A stretch of DNA of 64,000 nt from a virus: IMG/VR virus record IMGVR_UViG_3300020000_000011, positions 1 through 64,000 of that record; one strand, 5' to 3'. The stretch's first letter is position 1. Each line of letters starts with the position of its first letter. Made by a program: the position numbers and the translations under genes. Under the pieces are notes generated by a model. That model saw only the letters and a list, made by a program, of their open reading frames with translations, searched no databases and had not been told where the DNA came from. Shown piece by piece: positions 1-9,127 of this stretch.

Positions 1-144
1 CGGCAACACCCTCGACGTGAAGTCGCCGTACAACGCCGACTCGACCGACCGTGAAGCCGCCCTCGCCGAAGCGCGCCGCCAGTTCGGCCCGCACCTCGAC
101 CGCAAGATCGAAGGCGTCGCCCGCCTCCCCGAAGAGACGGACGA

Positions 145-378
145 GTGATCGTCTCCGACACCCAGTTGCAGATCTTCGTGATCTACGAGAACCCGGCCGA
201 CGTCCTCGTGCCGTGTTTCGTCACCCGAATGTGGGTGATCGAAGACGGTGAGCAACGTCCGTTGTGGGCGGCGATCGCCCGCACGTTGGACGGTGCCCGC
301 TCTGCGGTCCCGCCCGGCCTGTTCCGCCTCGACCGTTCCCCCGACGACGACCCGGTGATTGTCGAGTGCTGGCTGTGA
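145..378 (+). CDS. hypothetical phage protein
   Basis: 77 aa ORF, GTGA-coupled to next gene; C-terminal RxPDDDPVIVECW. Confidence 0.7.
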   Translation: MIVSDTQLQIFVIYENPADVLVPCFVTRMWVIEDGEQRPLWAAIARTLDGARSAVPPGLFRLDRSPDDDPVIVECWL

Positions 379-584
379 CGCTGCGTACAGAGCGCCGCAA
401 GGGCGACCTGACACCGACGCACCTGGTGATCACCCCGACCGCGCAACGCACGATGTGTGGCCGGTTCCGCGACGTGACGTTCCCCCACCAGTGGCTCAAC
501 GCCGCCGTCACCGAAGCCAACCAGGGCCACGACATCTGGTTCTGCGCGAAGTGCGTGAAGGCAGCCGAGGCGCGCCTGACCTAA
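375..584 (+). CDS. hypothetical protein, possible Zn-binding (H..CG..CxxC)
   Basis: GTG overlapping upstream stop; THL, MCG, CAKC. Confidence 0.6.
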   Translation: MTLRTERRKGDLTPTHLVITPTAQRTMCGRFRDVTFPHQWLNAAVTEANQGHDIWFCAKCVKAAEARLT

Positions 585-601
585 CATCGGCGCTCGTGAC
601 G

Positions 602-1090
602 ATGGACCACGAGACGATCCGCAAGTCGGTCAAGGCCCGCACCAAGGACATCCGCCGCAAGGCCCGCGAGTCCGCAGCGACCGACGCCGAACTGATCACC
701 CGCCAACTGGACACCGTCGACCTGATCGTCAACGGGGCCACCGTCCGCCAAGTCGCCGAACTGTTCGTGCGCGACATGTCCGACGTCACCGTCGACTACC
801 ACGCCGGGCTGGCGCTGCTGATCGACAAGTCGATCGACCGCTCGATCGCCCTGCGCGAAGAGATCACCGCCCGCCAACGCTCTCTCGTGTTCGCCAACAT
901 GCCCAAGGCCCGCGCCGGTGACCGCAACGCCGCCCAGATCGTCATCGCCGCCGACGGGATGCTCGCTTCGATCTGGGGTCTGCGTTCGTTGCGGATCGAA
1001 CGCCCGCCGCGCACCGGCGACCCGGGGATCGCCGACGCCGTCGGCGCGTACCTCGCCGGGCTGGCCGACTCCGTGAAGGGCAAGTCGTGA
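602..1090 (+). CDS. HTH protein, probable terminase small subunit-like
   Basis: GATVRQVAELF HTH followed by helical region KARAGDRNAA...IWGL, a pattern seen in actinophage TerS-like proteins. Confidence 0.5.
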   Translation: MDHETIRKSVKARTKDIRRKARESAATDAELITRQLDTVDLIVNGATVRQVAELFVRDMSDVTVDYHAGLALLIDKSIDRSIALREEITARQRSLVFANMPKARAGDRNAAQIVIAADGMLASIWGLRSLRIERPPRTGDPGIADAVGAYLAGLADSVKGKS

Positions 1091-1329
1091 ACGACCAGGA
1101 ACTGAAACTGGAGCACTTCTACAAGGTGGCGACGATCGTCGACTCGGTGCAGGAAGCGTTCGAACTGGTGATGGTCGCCCTCGACGTGATCGCCGACGAC
1201 CCGCACATCGTCATCAACCCGATCTGGATCTACGGCTGCACCGGTCCCGACGGGACCACCGACAACACCCGCCGGTTCGAAGTCTCGATCTCGGGAACCC
1301 CGAAGAACCCGGCCCCCATTGCCCTCTGA
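1087..1329 (+). CDS. hypothetical protein
   Basis: 80 aa ORF, GTGA-coupled. Confidence 0.65.
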   Translation: MNDQELKLEHFYKVATIVDSVQEAFELVMVALDVIADDPHIVINPIWIYGCTGPDGTTDNTRRFEVSISGTPKNPAPIAL

Positions 1330-1343
1330 GTTACGGTAGCGGG

Positions 1344-1541
1344 GTGGCTTCCACTCGGATCTCGTTCGACCTGTCACCCGAGTTGTACGAGTTCGCTGCG
1401 GCACGGGCCGAGCGGCACGGGGTCAGCGTGAACATCTACCTGCGTGACCGGCTCGTTGACGCGTTGCAACGTCAGAAAGCCCGAGACGACGCCCGGTCCG
1501 AGCCGCGGTGGAAGCAGAGCATGACGAAGTCCAAACCATGA
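1344..1541 (+). CDS. ribbon-helix-helix (Arc/HicB-like) DNA-binding protein
   Basis: RISFDLSPELYEFAAARAERHGVSVNIYL matches RHH pattern. Confidence 0.7.
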   Translation: MASTRISFDLSPELYEFAAARAERHGVSVNIYLRDRLVDALQRQKARDDARSEPRWKQSMTKSKP

Positions 1542-1559
1542 GCATGGGAGACTGCCCCG

Positions 1560-1832
1560 ATGACTGACGTAGACGAGTCGTTCGGCGACGCCGAACCGGA
1601 AGACGCCTGGGATGCCGAGGACCCGGTCCCGGTCCAGATCGACAACCTGTTCTTGCGCCTCGCCGTGCTCGACCAGGTCGACGCCGGTGACCACGACCAT
1701 CTGCTGCTCAACCTCCTGCGCCACGCCTTCCTTCAGCGGTTCAAGGACGGGATCACCGACCGTGCCCGGCTGCGGATCGAACAGGCCCTGGAAGACATCG
1801 AGTTCGTACGAGGGAGGCTCGACAATGGGTGA
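1560..1832 (+). CDS. hypothetical acidic protein
   Basis: 90 aa ORF with GGGAG RBS. Confidence 0.6.
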   Translation: MTDVDESFGDAEPEDAWDAEDPVPVQIDNLFLRLAVLDQVDAGDHDHLLLNLLRHAFLQRFKDGITDRARLRIEQALEDIEFVRGRLDNG

Positions 1833-2757
1833 CCGCTTCTTGACCGACATGGCCGACGTGCTGCGCGCCGCCGGATGCGAGGTCGTCGAACACCTCGGAT
1901 GGGAGAAGCGCGCCCGTTCCTCCGGCGGCTACGAACCCGGCCGACCGTGGGCGATCTTTTGGCACCACACGGCGTCGCGCCCGGGGACGTCGTCGGCGAG
2001 CAACGTCGCCTACATCATCACCGGATCCCCGGTCGCCCCGGTCGCCAACCTGTACCTGCACACCGACGGCGTCTACCACGTGTGTGCCGCCGGGGCGACG
2101 AACACCAACGGCAAAGGCAACGCCATGCCGGTCAGCAAGGGAACAATTCCCAGCGACCAGGCCAACACCTATGCGGTGTCGATTGAGGCCGGGAACGACG
2201 GTGTCGGCGAGCCGTGGCGTGAAGAGATGATCGACGCCTACTTCCGAGGCAGCAACGCGCTCGCCGCCGCGTACGGATTGAAGCCATCGGACATCGTCAG
2301 TCACTCCGCCTACACCTCCCGCAAGATCGACCCAGCAACCGCTCGTGCCGTCATCGGCGCATGGTCGCCGCGTTCGATCAACACCGCAGGCTCGTGGTCG
2401 CTGGACGACATGCGCGCCGAAGCCACCCGCCGGGCTAGCGCCCCGACACCACCACCGACAGGAGACGACGTGCAAGTACGACTGCTCATCCTCACCGACA
2501 GCGACGCCCAGTTCCTGGCGATGACCGACGACGAGGGCCAGGCGCTGTACGTCACTTGGGCCGGTCCCGGCGGCGAAGGCAGTGCTGCCGACAAGGCAGT
2601 CACGGCGCACCGCGCCGAGGCCAAGCGCAAGCGCCACAAGTTCGAACAGGAGGGCGACCTCGCCGGTCTGTTCAACTGTGTCCGTGTCGGCCCGCTTCCG
2701 TACGGCGACAGCAAGCACACCTGGGATGGCTCCGAGACATGGAGCAGCGCCCCCTGA
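1825..2757 (+). CDS. endolysin, N-acetylmuramoyl-L-alanine amidase (Amidase_2)
   Basis: WHHTAS, SIEAGN, SH..TSRKIDP Zn-amidase motifs; GGGAGG RBS before ATG 1825; Pro linker then C-terminal domain. Confidence 0.9.
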   Translation: MGDRFLTDMADVLRAAGCEVVEHLGWEKRARSSGGYEPGRPWAIFWHHTASRPGTSSASNVAYIITGSPVAPVANLYLHTDGVYHVCAAGATNTNGKGNAMPVSKGTIPSDQANTYAVSIEAGNDGVGEPWREEMIDAYFRGSNALAAAYGLKPSDIVSHSAYTSRKIDPATARAVIGAWSPRSINTAGSWSLDDMRAEATRRASAPTPPPTGDDVQVRLLILTDSDAQFLAMTDDEGQALYVTWAGPGGEGSAADKAVTAHRAEAKRKRHKFEQEGDLAGLFNCVRVGPLPYGDSKHTWDGSETWSSAP

Positions 2758-2774
2758 GCCTTCGGAGGTGAGCG

Positions 2775-3068
2775 TTGTTCAGAAACCGGAGCGTGATCGA
2801 GATCATGATCCTGGTGTTCACGTGCATCGTCGGGTTCTTCATCGTCGGTCTGAGCGTGCTCATCCTGGTCGTGGAGACACGCAACCCCGAGGCCGACACC
2901 GGGATCATCGCCAACACGCTCGCCTCTCTGGTGTCCGGCATCCTCGGCGCCCTGCTCGGTGTGATCGCAGGCAAGTCGTCGGCCGATTCGGAACTGCACC
3001 GCCGCCCCGACGGCCACTCCGACTCGATTGAGCAGCCGCCGACCGAAGAGATCAAGGTGATCGAATGA
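2775..3068 (+). CDS. holin-like two-TM membrane protein
   Basis: two hydrophobic helices, directly downstream of endolysin, GGAGG RBS. Confidence 0.65.
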   Translation: MFRNRSVIEIMILVFTCIVGFFIVGLSVLILVVETRNPEADTGIIANTLASLVSGILGALLGVIAGKSSADSELHRRPDGHSDSIEQPPTEEIKVIE

Positions 3069-3643
3069 GGCTGATCGCCCCGATCTACGGCCTGTCGTGC
3101 ATCGCTGCGGCGGGGGCGTTGACGGTGAGCACCCTGTTCGTCTACCAGACCGCGGCCGGTGTCGAGACGACGGCGACGACCACGACCACCTCGACGACCA
3201 CGACGACGATCCCCGAACCGATCCCCGGTCCGCGAGGTCCGCCAGGCCCGGCCGGTCCGAAGGGCGCCCCGGGCGCGCAAGGTGTGTCCGGCCCGCCGGG
3301 ATCCACCGGCCCGCAAGGCGTGTCCGGTCCGCCGGGGCCACCAGGCGCGCAGGGCGCCCAAGGCCAGCAGGGGTCGAGAGGCTCCGACGGTGCCCAAGGT
3401 CAGCGCGGTGCGACCGGCGCCACGGGCGCCCAGGGGCTGCCAGGTGCCACGGGAGCGGCCGGAACGCAAGGTCCGCCAGGATCGGTCGGTGCGACTGGTG
3501 CGGCCGGTGAGATCGGTCCACAGGGGCCAGCGGGGCCTCCCGGTCCGCAGTGCCCGATCGGGTTCCACGGTGCTGTGGTGGCGCTGCACCAGCGCGCCCC
3601 GGTCGACCAGGACCTGACGGTCGCGGTGTGTGTCCCCGACTAG
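3065..3643 (+). CDS. membrane-anchored collagen-like protein (lysis cassette)
   Basis: N-terminal hydrophobic segment, Thr run, long Gly-X-Y repeat, C-terminal Cys pair. Confidence 0.8.
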   Translation: MRLIAPIYGLSCIAAAGALTVSTLFVYQTAAGVETTATTTTTSTTTTTIPEPIPGPRGPPGPAGPKGAPGAQGVSGPPGSTGPQGVSGPPGPPGAQGAQGQQGSRGSDGAQGQRGATGATGAQGLPGATGAAGTQGPPGSVGATGAAGEIGPQGPAGPPGPQCPIGFHGAVVALHQRAPVDQDLTVAVCVPD

Positions 3644-3667
3644 AACCCGGCTGCTACGGTTACGCCT

Positions 3668-3874
3668 GTGAGAAGGACCCGCTCTGATCCGATCCAGTTC
3701 CGTCTGTTGCTCGACGACTACGCCGTGCTGGAGCAGATCGCCGACGCCGCCGGGCAGACCCCGAAGGACTTCGTGATCGACCTGACCTTGAAGCGCGTCG
3801 CCACAGAGCGCCGCAAGATGAAGACGACCACGTCGAGGACGAGCACGGCGACGAACGCCGTCGCTGGCCGTTAG
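3668..3874 (+). CDS. putative ribbon-helix-helix DNA-binding protein
   Basis: IQFRL..DDY.VLEQIADAAGQTPKDFV. Confidence 0.55.
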   Translation: MRRTRSDPIQFRLLLDDYAVLEQIADAAGQTPKDFVIDLTLKRVATERRKMKTTTSRTSTATNAVAGR

Positions 3875-3924
3875 ACACACCTCACGTATAACCTCCAATA
3901 CCCTAGACAAGGACCTGACTCCCG

Positions 3925-4167
3925 ATGACCAAGCCCGCTGGACGCCCGTCCAATTTCGTCTCTGACCAGCACACCCTGTACTGCGGCTGGGTGATGGGCC
4001 TGATGGTCAAGGCCGGGCTGCCGTTCGAACCGGTCGCCGACGAGCACGGCAACTTCACCAACCGCGTCTCCGTCCCCACCCTGTCCGGGGTGGGGATCAC
4101 GCTGCTCATCCCACCCCCGCCGGACGACTGGAAGTTCCCGCTGATCGACGAAGCGATCACCCCGTGA
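3925..4167 (+). CDS. hypothetical protein
   Basis: 80 aa ORF after promoter-like AT-richer gap and AAGGA RBS. Confidence 0.65.
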   Translation: MTKPAGRPSNFVSDQHTLYCGWVMGLMVKAGLPFEPVADEHGNFTNRVSVPTLSGVGITLLIPPPPDDWKFPLIDEAITP

Positions 4168-4568
4168 ACCCGGCGTACACCGCCGCCCAGATGTGGGTCC
4201 GCAACCTGTCCGGCGACCAGGGCTGGCAAACCCACGTCTCGACACTCGACGAAGATGTCCTGCGCCACCTCGCCGCGCTGCTGAGGATCGAGGAACGCAC
4301 CACCAAGTCCCGCCGCGGGTTCGTCGAGATCCTGCTCGACCTGCTCCCCGCCCACGAATGCAACTGCGACAAACGGTGGACATCCGATGACGTCCCCCAC
4401 GCCGCCGACTGCGAACGACTGAAGGCGTGCACCTGCTACCGCCAGTGGTCCGGCCCGGCCCTGCACATCAACGACCACTCCCCTGACTGCGAGTTGATGC
4501 GCCGCTGGATCCCGGCGCGCCCGACGATGCCGGACAACTACGACGACGAGGAAACGATCGTGCCCTGA
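4164..4568 (+). CDS. hypothetical Cys/His-rich protein
   Basis: two CxC..HxxxC units; coupled. Confidence 0.65.
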   Translation: MNPAYTAAQMWVRNLSGDQGWQTHVSTLDEDVLRHLAALLRIEERTTKSRRGFVEILLDLLPAHECNCDKRWTSDDVPHAADCERLKACTCYRQWSGPALHINDHSPDCELMRRWIPARPTMPDNYDDEETIVP

Positions 4569-4699
4569 TGCCGGACCGTAACAAGGAACTGTTGGAAGCC
4601 GCCCGGGCCTGGCGCGAGTCGCTGATCCCGAACACCTCGACCGCCGGACACGACACCGTTGTCCGACTGCTCGCTGCGATCGCTAGGTTCGACTCATGA
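4568..4699 (+). CDS. small hypothetical protein
   Basis: 43 aa ORF filling gap, TGATG/ATGA coupling both sides. Confidence 0.5.
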   Translation: MPDRNKELLEAARAWRESLIPNTSTAGHDTVVRLLAAIARFDS

Positions 4700-5007
4700 C
4701 CGACGAACCCGACCCGATCGACACCGAGTACGAGTTGATCATGCCGTTCATCGTCTGCCAGTCGAACGGTGGACCGTACGACGACGACTCGTTCGTCGCC
4801 GGGTGGGAGTTGGGCAAGCTGGACGTCGAGCTACCGACGCACGCTGCGCTCGGCTACCAGTCGTTGTCGCGGCTGGCGCACACCGGGACGGTCCCGCAGG
4901 TCGAGTTGTTGGCGATGAAGCACGGCTTCCGAGTGAGGCACGTGAGCGACGACCAGGACGGCTGGGTCAACATCGACCTGGAACGCATCGAAGACGGCGC
5001 CGAGTGA
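4696..5007 (+). CDS. hypothetical phage protein
   Basis: MPF.VC.S.GGPYDD.SFVAGWE pattern; coupled. Confidence 0.7.
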   Translation: MTDEPDPIDTEYELIMPFIVCQSNGGPYDDDSFVAGWELGKLDVELPTHAALGYQSLSRLAHTGTVPQVELLAMKHGFRVRHVSDDQDGWVNIDLERIEDGAE

Positions 5008-5285
5008 ACGACGGCGAACCGATCGGTGCGCTCGCCAACTATCCCGGCTGGGACGAGGAAACGCTGCGCGCCGAGATCCGGTTGCAGATCCCCGGCATCC
5101 CGTGCGAGATCTGTTCGGTCGGCAAGCTGCACACCCCGTCGAGCAAACTGTCGACCCGATACGTCCATCATCCGGCGAACCGGCCGTGCACCACCGTCAT
5201 GTCGTTGGAAGCCCTGACGTCGGTGGCCCCCGAGCCGCGGTGGGAGAGAGTGGCGAGCAACCGGTGGAAGTGGGTGCTGCCGTGA
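5004..5285 (+). CDS. hypothetical protein, possible Zn finger
   Basis: CEIC...HH...C; GTGA coupling. Confidence 0.55.
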   Translation: MNDGEPIGALANYPGWDEETLRAEIRLQIPGIPCEICSVGKLHTPSSKLSTRYVHHPANRPCTTVMSLEALTSVAPEPRWERVASNRWKWVLP

Positions 5286-5854
5286 GCGTGTGGAAGAACC
5301 GCGTCAAGAACCTGACGATGGAAGTCCCCGAGGACCTACTGGCCAACCCGATGAACATGCGCCGACACCCCGGCGCCCAGCGGGATGCGATGCGCGGCTC
5401 GCTCGACGAGTTGGGCTGGATCGCCCCGGTCGTCGTCAACGACGTCACCGGCCGCGTTGTCGATGGACACCTGCGGATCGAGGAAGCCATCAGTGAGGGC
5501 ACCCCGGTGATCCCGGTGATCCACGTCGATCTCACCGAGGCACAGGAACGGCTGGCGCTCGCAGTGTTCGATCCGATCGGGTCGATGGCCCGCAACGACT
5601 CCGAGCGTCTCGACGATCTGCTGGCCTCGATCTCCACGAGCAACGAGTCGTTGCAGGCGCTGCTCGATTCGTTGCAGGCCGAAGAGATCGACTCGGCCCC
5701 GATCCACGGCGGGAAATCGAAGGACACGGCGTCGTTCGTGATCCTGTTCGAAGACTCCGTCGACCAGTCCGAGTTCGTCGGTTGCCTGGCCCTGTTGTCG
5801 GGCAACAACCCGGCCGACAAGCTGCTGCGCGTGATGCGAAACGCGATCTCGTAG
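5282..5854 (+). CDS. ParB/Srx N-terminal domain protein
   Basis: NP.N.RRH, SL.ELGW..PVVVN..TG.VVDGHLR. Confidence 0.85.
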   Translation: MSVWKNRVKNLTMEVPEDLLANPMNMRRHPGAQRDAMRGSLDELGWIAPVVVNDVTGRVVDGHLRIEEAISEGTPVIPVIHVDLTEAQERLALAVFDPIGSMARNDSERLDDLLASISTSNESLQALLDSLQAEEIDSAPIHGGKSKDTASFVILFEDSVDQSEFVGCLALLSGNNPADKLLRVMRNAIS

Positions 5855-5938
5855 AACGCGCTATCATCCGCCGGTCGCCCAAGCTGGACGGGTTCGGCGC
5901 CCTGGGAGTTACGGACCGGACGCCGAAGGGTGATCAGG

Positions 5939-5972
5939 CAGCAGCACCGTGCCGGGAGGGCCGGTGCTGCTG
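5939..5972 (+). terminator. GC-rich hairpin (probable terminator)
   Basis: cagcagcaccg ... cggtgctgctg inverted repeat in intergenic gap. Confidence 0.45.
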
Positions 5973-6011
5973 ACGCGTTACAGCATCGTCGCATCTGGGT
6001 AGTGTGCGGCC

Positions 6012-6278
6012 ATGACAGACACCAACCCAGGCCCCGGCGGACCGCCGGAAGCCACACAGCTACCAGCAGAACCCGACCGCGAGGACCGCACCGACGTCGA
6101 GCGCGACGCGCGCGAAGGCCGCGAAGGTGAAGAGGGCGCCCCCGACGACGGCTCCGGCCCGCAGCCCCCAGGTTCCGGCTACCCGCCCGGCGAGTACCCG
6201 ACCGAAGGCACGTTCGGCTACCCGACCGGCGAAGAGGCCGAACCGAAGGACGAACCCGAGGTCGACCCAGAGGCGTAA
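6012..6278 (+). CDS. acidic low-complexity protein with GSGYPxGxYPTxGTFGY motif
   Basis: leaderless after TAGTGT; motif shared with next gene. Confidence 0.6.
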   Translation: MTDTNPGPGGPPEATQLPAEPDREDRTDVERDAREGREGEEGAPDDGSGPQPPGSGYPPGEYPTEGTFGYPTGEEAEPKDEPEVDPEA

Positions 6279-6289
6279 GGTTCGGTCCC

Positions 6290-6637
6290 ATGACCGACAC
6301 ACTTGAAGTCACACCAACCGCGCTGCCAGCACCGAGCAAGCCGCCTGTCGGGTCGGGCTATCCGACCGGCATGTACCCGACCACGGGCACGTTCGGTTAC
6401 GGCAACATCATCCAAGGCGCCACCGATCCGCTGACAGCGACGGCCGGGACTCCTGGCTCGTGGGACAACCCGGGCGGGAAGATCCCGGCGAACGCCGCAG
6501 CGGCCAACACCGCGGGCGTGAACGCGTCACCGGCGACCGTGTGGACGACCGGCCAGTACGTGCAAGGCTCGACCGCCGGTGTGCCTGGCCAGATGCACTG
6601 GAACGGCACCGCCTGGGTCGCCGGTCCCAAGCCCTGA
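6290..6637 (+). CDS. probable virion decoration protein (paralogous to major tail protein C-terminus)
   Basis: PANAAAANTAG..ASP...W....YVQGS.AG..G.MHW.G..W..G aligns with the end of 41761-42738. Confidence 0.65.
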   Translation: MTDTLEVTPTALPAPSKPPVGSGYPTGMYPTTGTFGYGNIIQGATDPLTATAGTPGSWDNPGGKIPANAAAANTAGVNASPATVWTTGQYVQGSTAGVPGQMHWNGTAWVAGPKP

Positions 6638-6640
6638 GTC

Positions 6641-6684
6641 GCGAGGAAGGGACCGACGTCACGTTCGCGGTCCCTTCCCCTCGT
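6641..6684 (+). terminator. hairpin terminator
   Basis: gaagggaccg / cggtcccttc inverted repeat right after stop. Confidence 0.5.
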
Positions 6685-6766
6685 ACAACTCCAGCAGCAG
6701 GCACCCGGCGGAGGTGCGCCCGGCTCTCGGTTGTAACGACCCGATCGTAGAACTTCTCGCCCCCAC

Positions 6767-6795
6767 GTTGCAATCGAGTAATAACACGCTATAGT
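6767..6795 (+). promoter_or_regulatory. sigma70-type early promoter (GTTGCA..GCTATAGT), leaderless
   Basis: TTGCAA-16 nt-TATAGT, ATG 6 nt downstream; repeated motif family. Confidence 0.7.
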
Positions 6796-6801
6796 TACCT
6801 C

Positions 6802-7323
6802 ATGAACGAGACACAGACACCAGAAACCCTCCGAGCAGCCGCAGCCGCGGCCGACAAGGAAGCCGCTGACAGCTTCGAACGCTGCGACACCGACGGCTTC
6901 GTCTCCCAGTGGGCTTCCGGCCTCACCGCCGACAAGCTGCGCCGCCAAGCCCAGATCGTCGAAGACGGCGGCATGGCAGTCTTCCCCGCCCTGTTCGACC
7001 TCGACACCAACGCCCCGGTCCCGGCCCGCCTGGTCAAGACCCGCTACGGCACCAAGTTCGCAGTGTTCGCCACCGCCGCCGATGCGCTCGCCAACCACGC
7101 CAACGTGATCGCCTGGATCGACCCGTTCGTCTCCGAGAAGACGCTGGCTCGCAAGGGCTACAAGGTCGCTGACGTGTGGGCACCGGCAGTCGCCGACATC
7201 ACCGGCACGGGCCACGGCCTCTCCGGCTCCGCCTGGGTGATCACCCGGCGCACCGACGGCGGTTTCGACCCGAACGCGAAGCTGGCCGACGCCACGAGCG
7301 ACACCAAGGGCTGGACGTCATGA
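6802..7323 (+). CDS. hypothetical early protein
   Basis: 173 aa; SFERCDTDGF.SQWA motif. Confidence 0.75.
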   Translation: MNETQTPETLRAAAAAADKEAADSFERCDTDGFVSQWASGLTADKLRRQAQIVEDGGMAVFPALFDLDTNAPVPARLVKTRYGTKFAVFATAADALANHANVIAWIDPFVSEKTLARKGYKVADVWAPAVADITGTGHGLSGSAWVITRRTDGGFDPNAKLADATSDTKGWTS

Positions 7324-7544
7324 GCGCCTGGAAGCCCTCGGTCACCTACGCCAACGAGCGCCGCCAACGCTGGACTCGCAACGGCACCAAGACCTACGTC
7401 GCTCGCGGCCTGCGCGGCGTCGCCCGGCGGATCGCCGACGGGCACGAGCAGTACGAACGCTGCGACCACGTCCACGTCAAGCGCGGCCCGGCGATGGCCT
7501 GCGCCGAGCAACTCGCCCGCCACCTCAACGAGACGTCGTCATGA
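7320..7544 (+). CDS. hypothetical protein
   Basis: ATGA-coupled; C.H.H...A..CA motif. Confidence 0.6.
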   Translation: MSAWKPSVTYANERRQRWTRNGTKTYVARGLRGVARRIADGHEQYERCDHVHVKRGPAMACAEQLARHLNETSS

Positions 7545-7798
7545 CCCCGTACGACCGCTGGCTGACCCGCGAACCCGAGGGCTACGACCGTTTCGACGAG
7601 TACGACCCGCCTTGCCCGAAGTGCGGGCACCTCTGCACCGACCACGAACCGATGCAAGTCGTCGATCTCGACGGCAACGACTACGAGACGCTGCGCTGCC
7701 CCGAGGGCGACCCCGAGTCGCTGGCCGATGACCGGGCACGGATCGAGTGGAACCGCAAGCACGGGATCTCCCGGCGCGAGTCTGCTGCCGGGTTGTGA
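7541..7798 (+). CDS. hypothetical Zn-binding protein
   Basis: CPKCGH...H...C. Confidence 0.6.
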   Translation: MTPYDRWLTREPEGYDRFDEYDPPCPKCGHLCTDHEPMQVVDLDGNDYETLRCPEGDPESLADDRARIEWNRKHGISRRESAAGL

Positions 7799-7836
7799 AC
7801 CACAGATACCCCGCTATACTGATCTCAGACCCAGAC
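7792..7836 (+). promoter_or_regulatory. early promoter with downstream AGACCCAGAC element
   Basis: GTTGTG..GCTATACT then AGACCCAGAC; near-identical to 44361-44406. Confidence 0.7.
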
Positions 7837-7851
7837 AGAAAGAACCTGACC

Positions 7852-8136
7852 ATGCCCCGCAACGACCACCCCTCCAACTGGCCCGCCAACCGGGCCTCCC
7901 TCGCCCTCGACTACCACGACCGGCTGCTGCTGGCCTACGCCCAGTGCCAACTCACCCAGGTCCGCCGCGACGGGTTCTTCTCCAACGACGACGTCCTCGA
8001 CGCCGCCGAAGCCTGGACGACCACCGACATGGCCGCATGGGCCGACGACGCGACCGACTCCAGCGACTACGTCAACCTTGTCGAAGAACTGAACGCAGCG
8101 ATCTGGCCCGACGAGTACACGGAGCCGGGACGATGA
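7852..8136 (+). CDS. hypothetical protein
   Basis: ATG after promoter leader. Confidence 0.65.
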   Translation: MPRNDHPSNWPANRASLALDYHDRLLLAYAQCQLTQVRRDGFFSNDDVLDAAEAWTTTDMAAWADDATDSSDYVNLVEELNAAIWPDEYTEPGR

Positions 8137-8519
8137 CCCCGGTCTGCGAACACGCCTGGAAGGACGCCAACGGCTACACCCACCGCTGCGACCGCCGCCC
8201 CCACGACGTCGACAGTCTCCACGTCGAGAACTCCCACGAGATCGGTCGCACCGACTGCGAGATCGGCCCGTACGGCGAAGCCGACTGCCTGTCCCTCGGC
8301 TACCACACCCGCGGCCCCCTGTGCACCCTGTGGAACGGTGGCGCGTTCAAACGCTACGTCGACTCCGGGTTCCCCCAAGGCACCTGCCGGTTCTGTGACG
8401 CCGACATCGTGTTCGACGGCAAGGACTGGATCGCGTACCGTTCCGACTCGTCGGCGTGCAACGAGGGCGACTCGACGATGCACCCCGATTCCTGCGAACT
8501 GGAGCACCTGCCGTCATGA
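8133..8519 (+). CDS. hypothetical Cys/His-rich protein
   Basis: ATGA-coupled. Confidence 0.55.
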   Translation: MTPVCEHAWKDANGYTHRCDRRPHDVDSLHVENSHEIGRTDCEIGPYGEADCLSLGYHTRGPLCTLWNGGAFKRYVDSGFPQGTCRFCDADIVFDGKDWIAYRSDSSACNEGDSTMHPDSCELEHLPS

Positions 8520-8683
8520 TGCGCGTCGACGAACTCATCGAACTACTCCAACAGCAAGACCCGAAGGCCCCGGTGATGTACTGGCAAGACGGCGACCTGA
8601 TGGACATCCTCGTTGTCGAGCGCGTCAACCCCGACCAGGCCCGCTTCGAACGCCTCCACAAGCACACGGTGACGATCTCATGA
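8516..8683 (+). CDS. hypothetical protein
   Basis: MRVDELIELLQ..DP.APV pattern. Confidence 0.6.
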   Translation: MMRVDELIELLQQQDPKAPVMYWQDGDLMDILVVERVNPDQARFERLHKHTVTIS

Positions 8684-8829
8684 AGCGGTCGTCCGGCAAG
8701 GTGTCCATCACCGTCGACGTCAAACCCGGCTTCATCGGCTGGTGGGATGCACTGACCCCTGATCAACGCAACTCGATCCGCGACCGCATCGACTCGATCG
8801 CCGACGACCTGAACGAATGGACGCCATGA
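8680..8829 (+). CDS. hypothetical protein
   Basis: ATGA-coupled. Confidence 0.5.
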   Translation: MKRSSGKVSITVDVKPGFIGWWDALTPDQRNSIRDRIDSIADDLNEWTP

Positions 8830-9083
8830 GCGCCGACGACATGAACCCGTCCCTCGCCCAGATCCTGCGAGACACGTCACCACAGATGTTCCTCAATGGC
8901 CGCGCTGCGCTGATGCGCTACCACGACTCGCCGACCGGTTGGATCGTTGTCCACCCCGGCTCACCGTGGCCGTCGTGCCCGAACCCGCTCTGCCTGGAAC
9001 AGCGTCCCCACGAGCATTACGCCGAACCGGATCCTCGTGGCGAGCAGTACGGCTCGGTCATCGGCACCCGCCTACTCGGATGA
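8826..9083 (+). CDS. hypothetical protein
   Basis: ATGA-coupled; CxxxxC..HxH. Confidence 0.55.
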   Translation: MSADDMNPSLAQILRDTSPQMFLNGRAALMRYHDSPTGWIVVHPGSPWPSCPNPLCLEQRPHEHYAEPDPRGEQYGSVIGTRLLG

Positions 9084-9092
9084 ACCACTAAG

Positions 9093-9121
9093 GTTGCGAA
9101 ACCTGTACAGTCCGATATACT
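9093..9121 (+). promoter_or_regulatory. early promoter, leaderless
   Basis: GTTGCG..GATATACT, ATG at 9128. Confidence 0.65.
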
Positions 9122-9127
9122 TACCCC

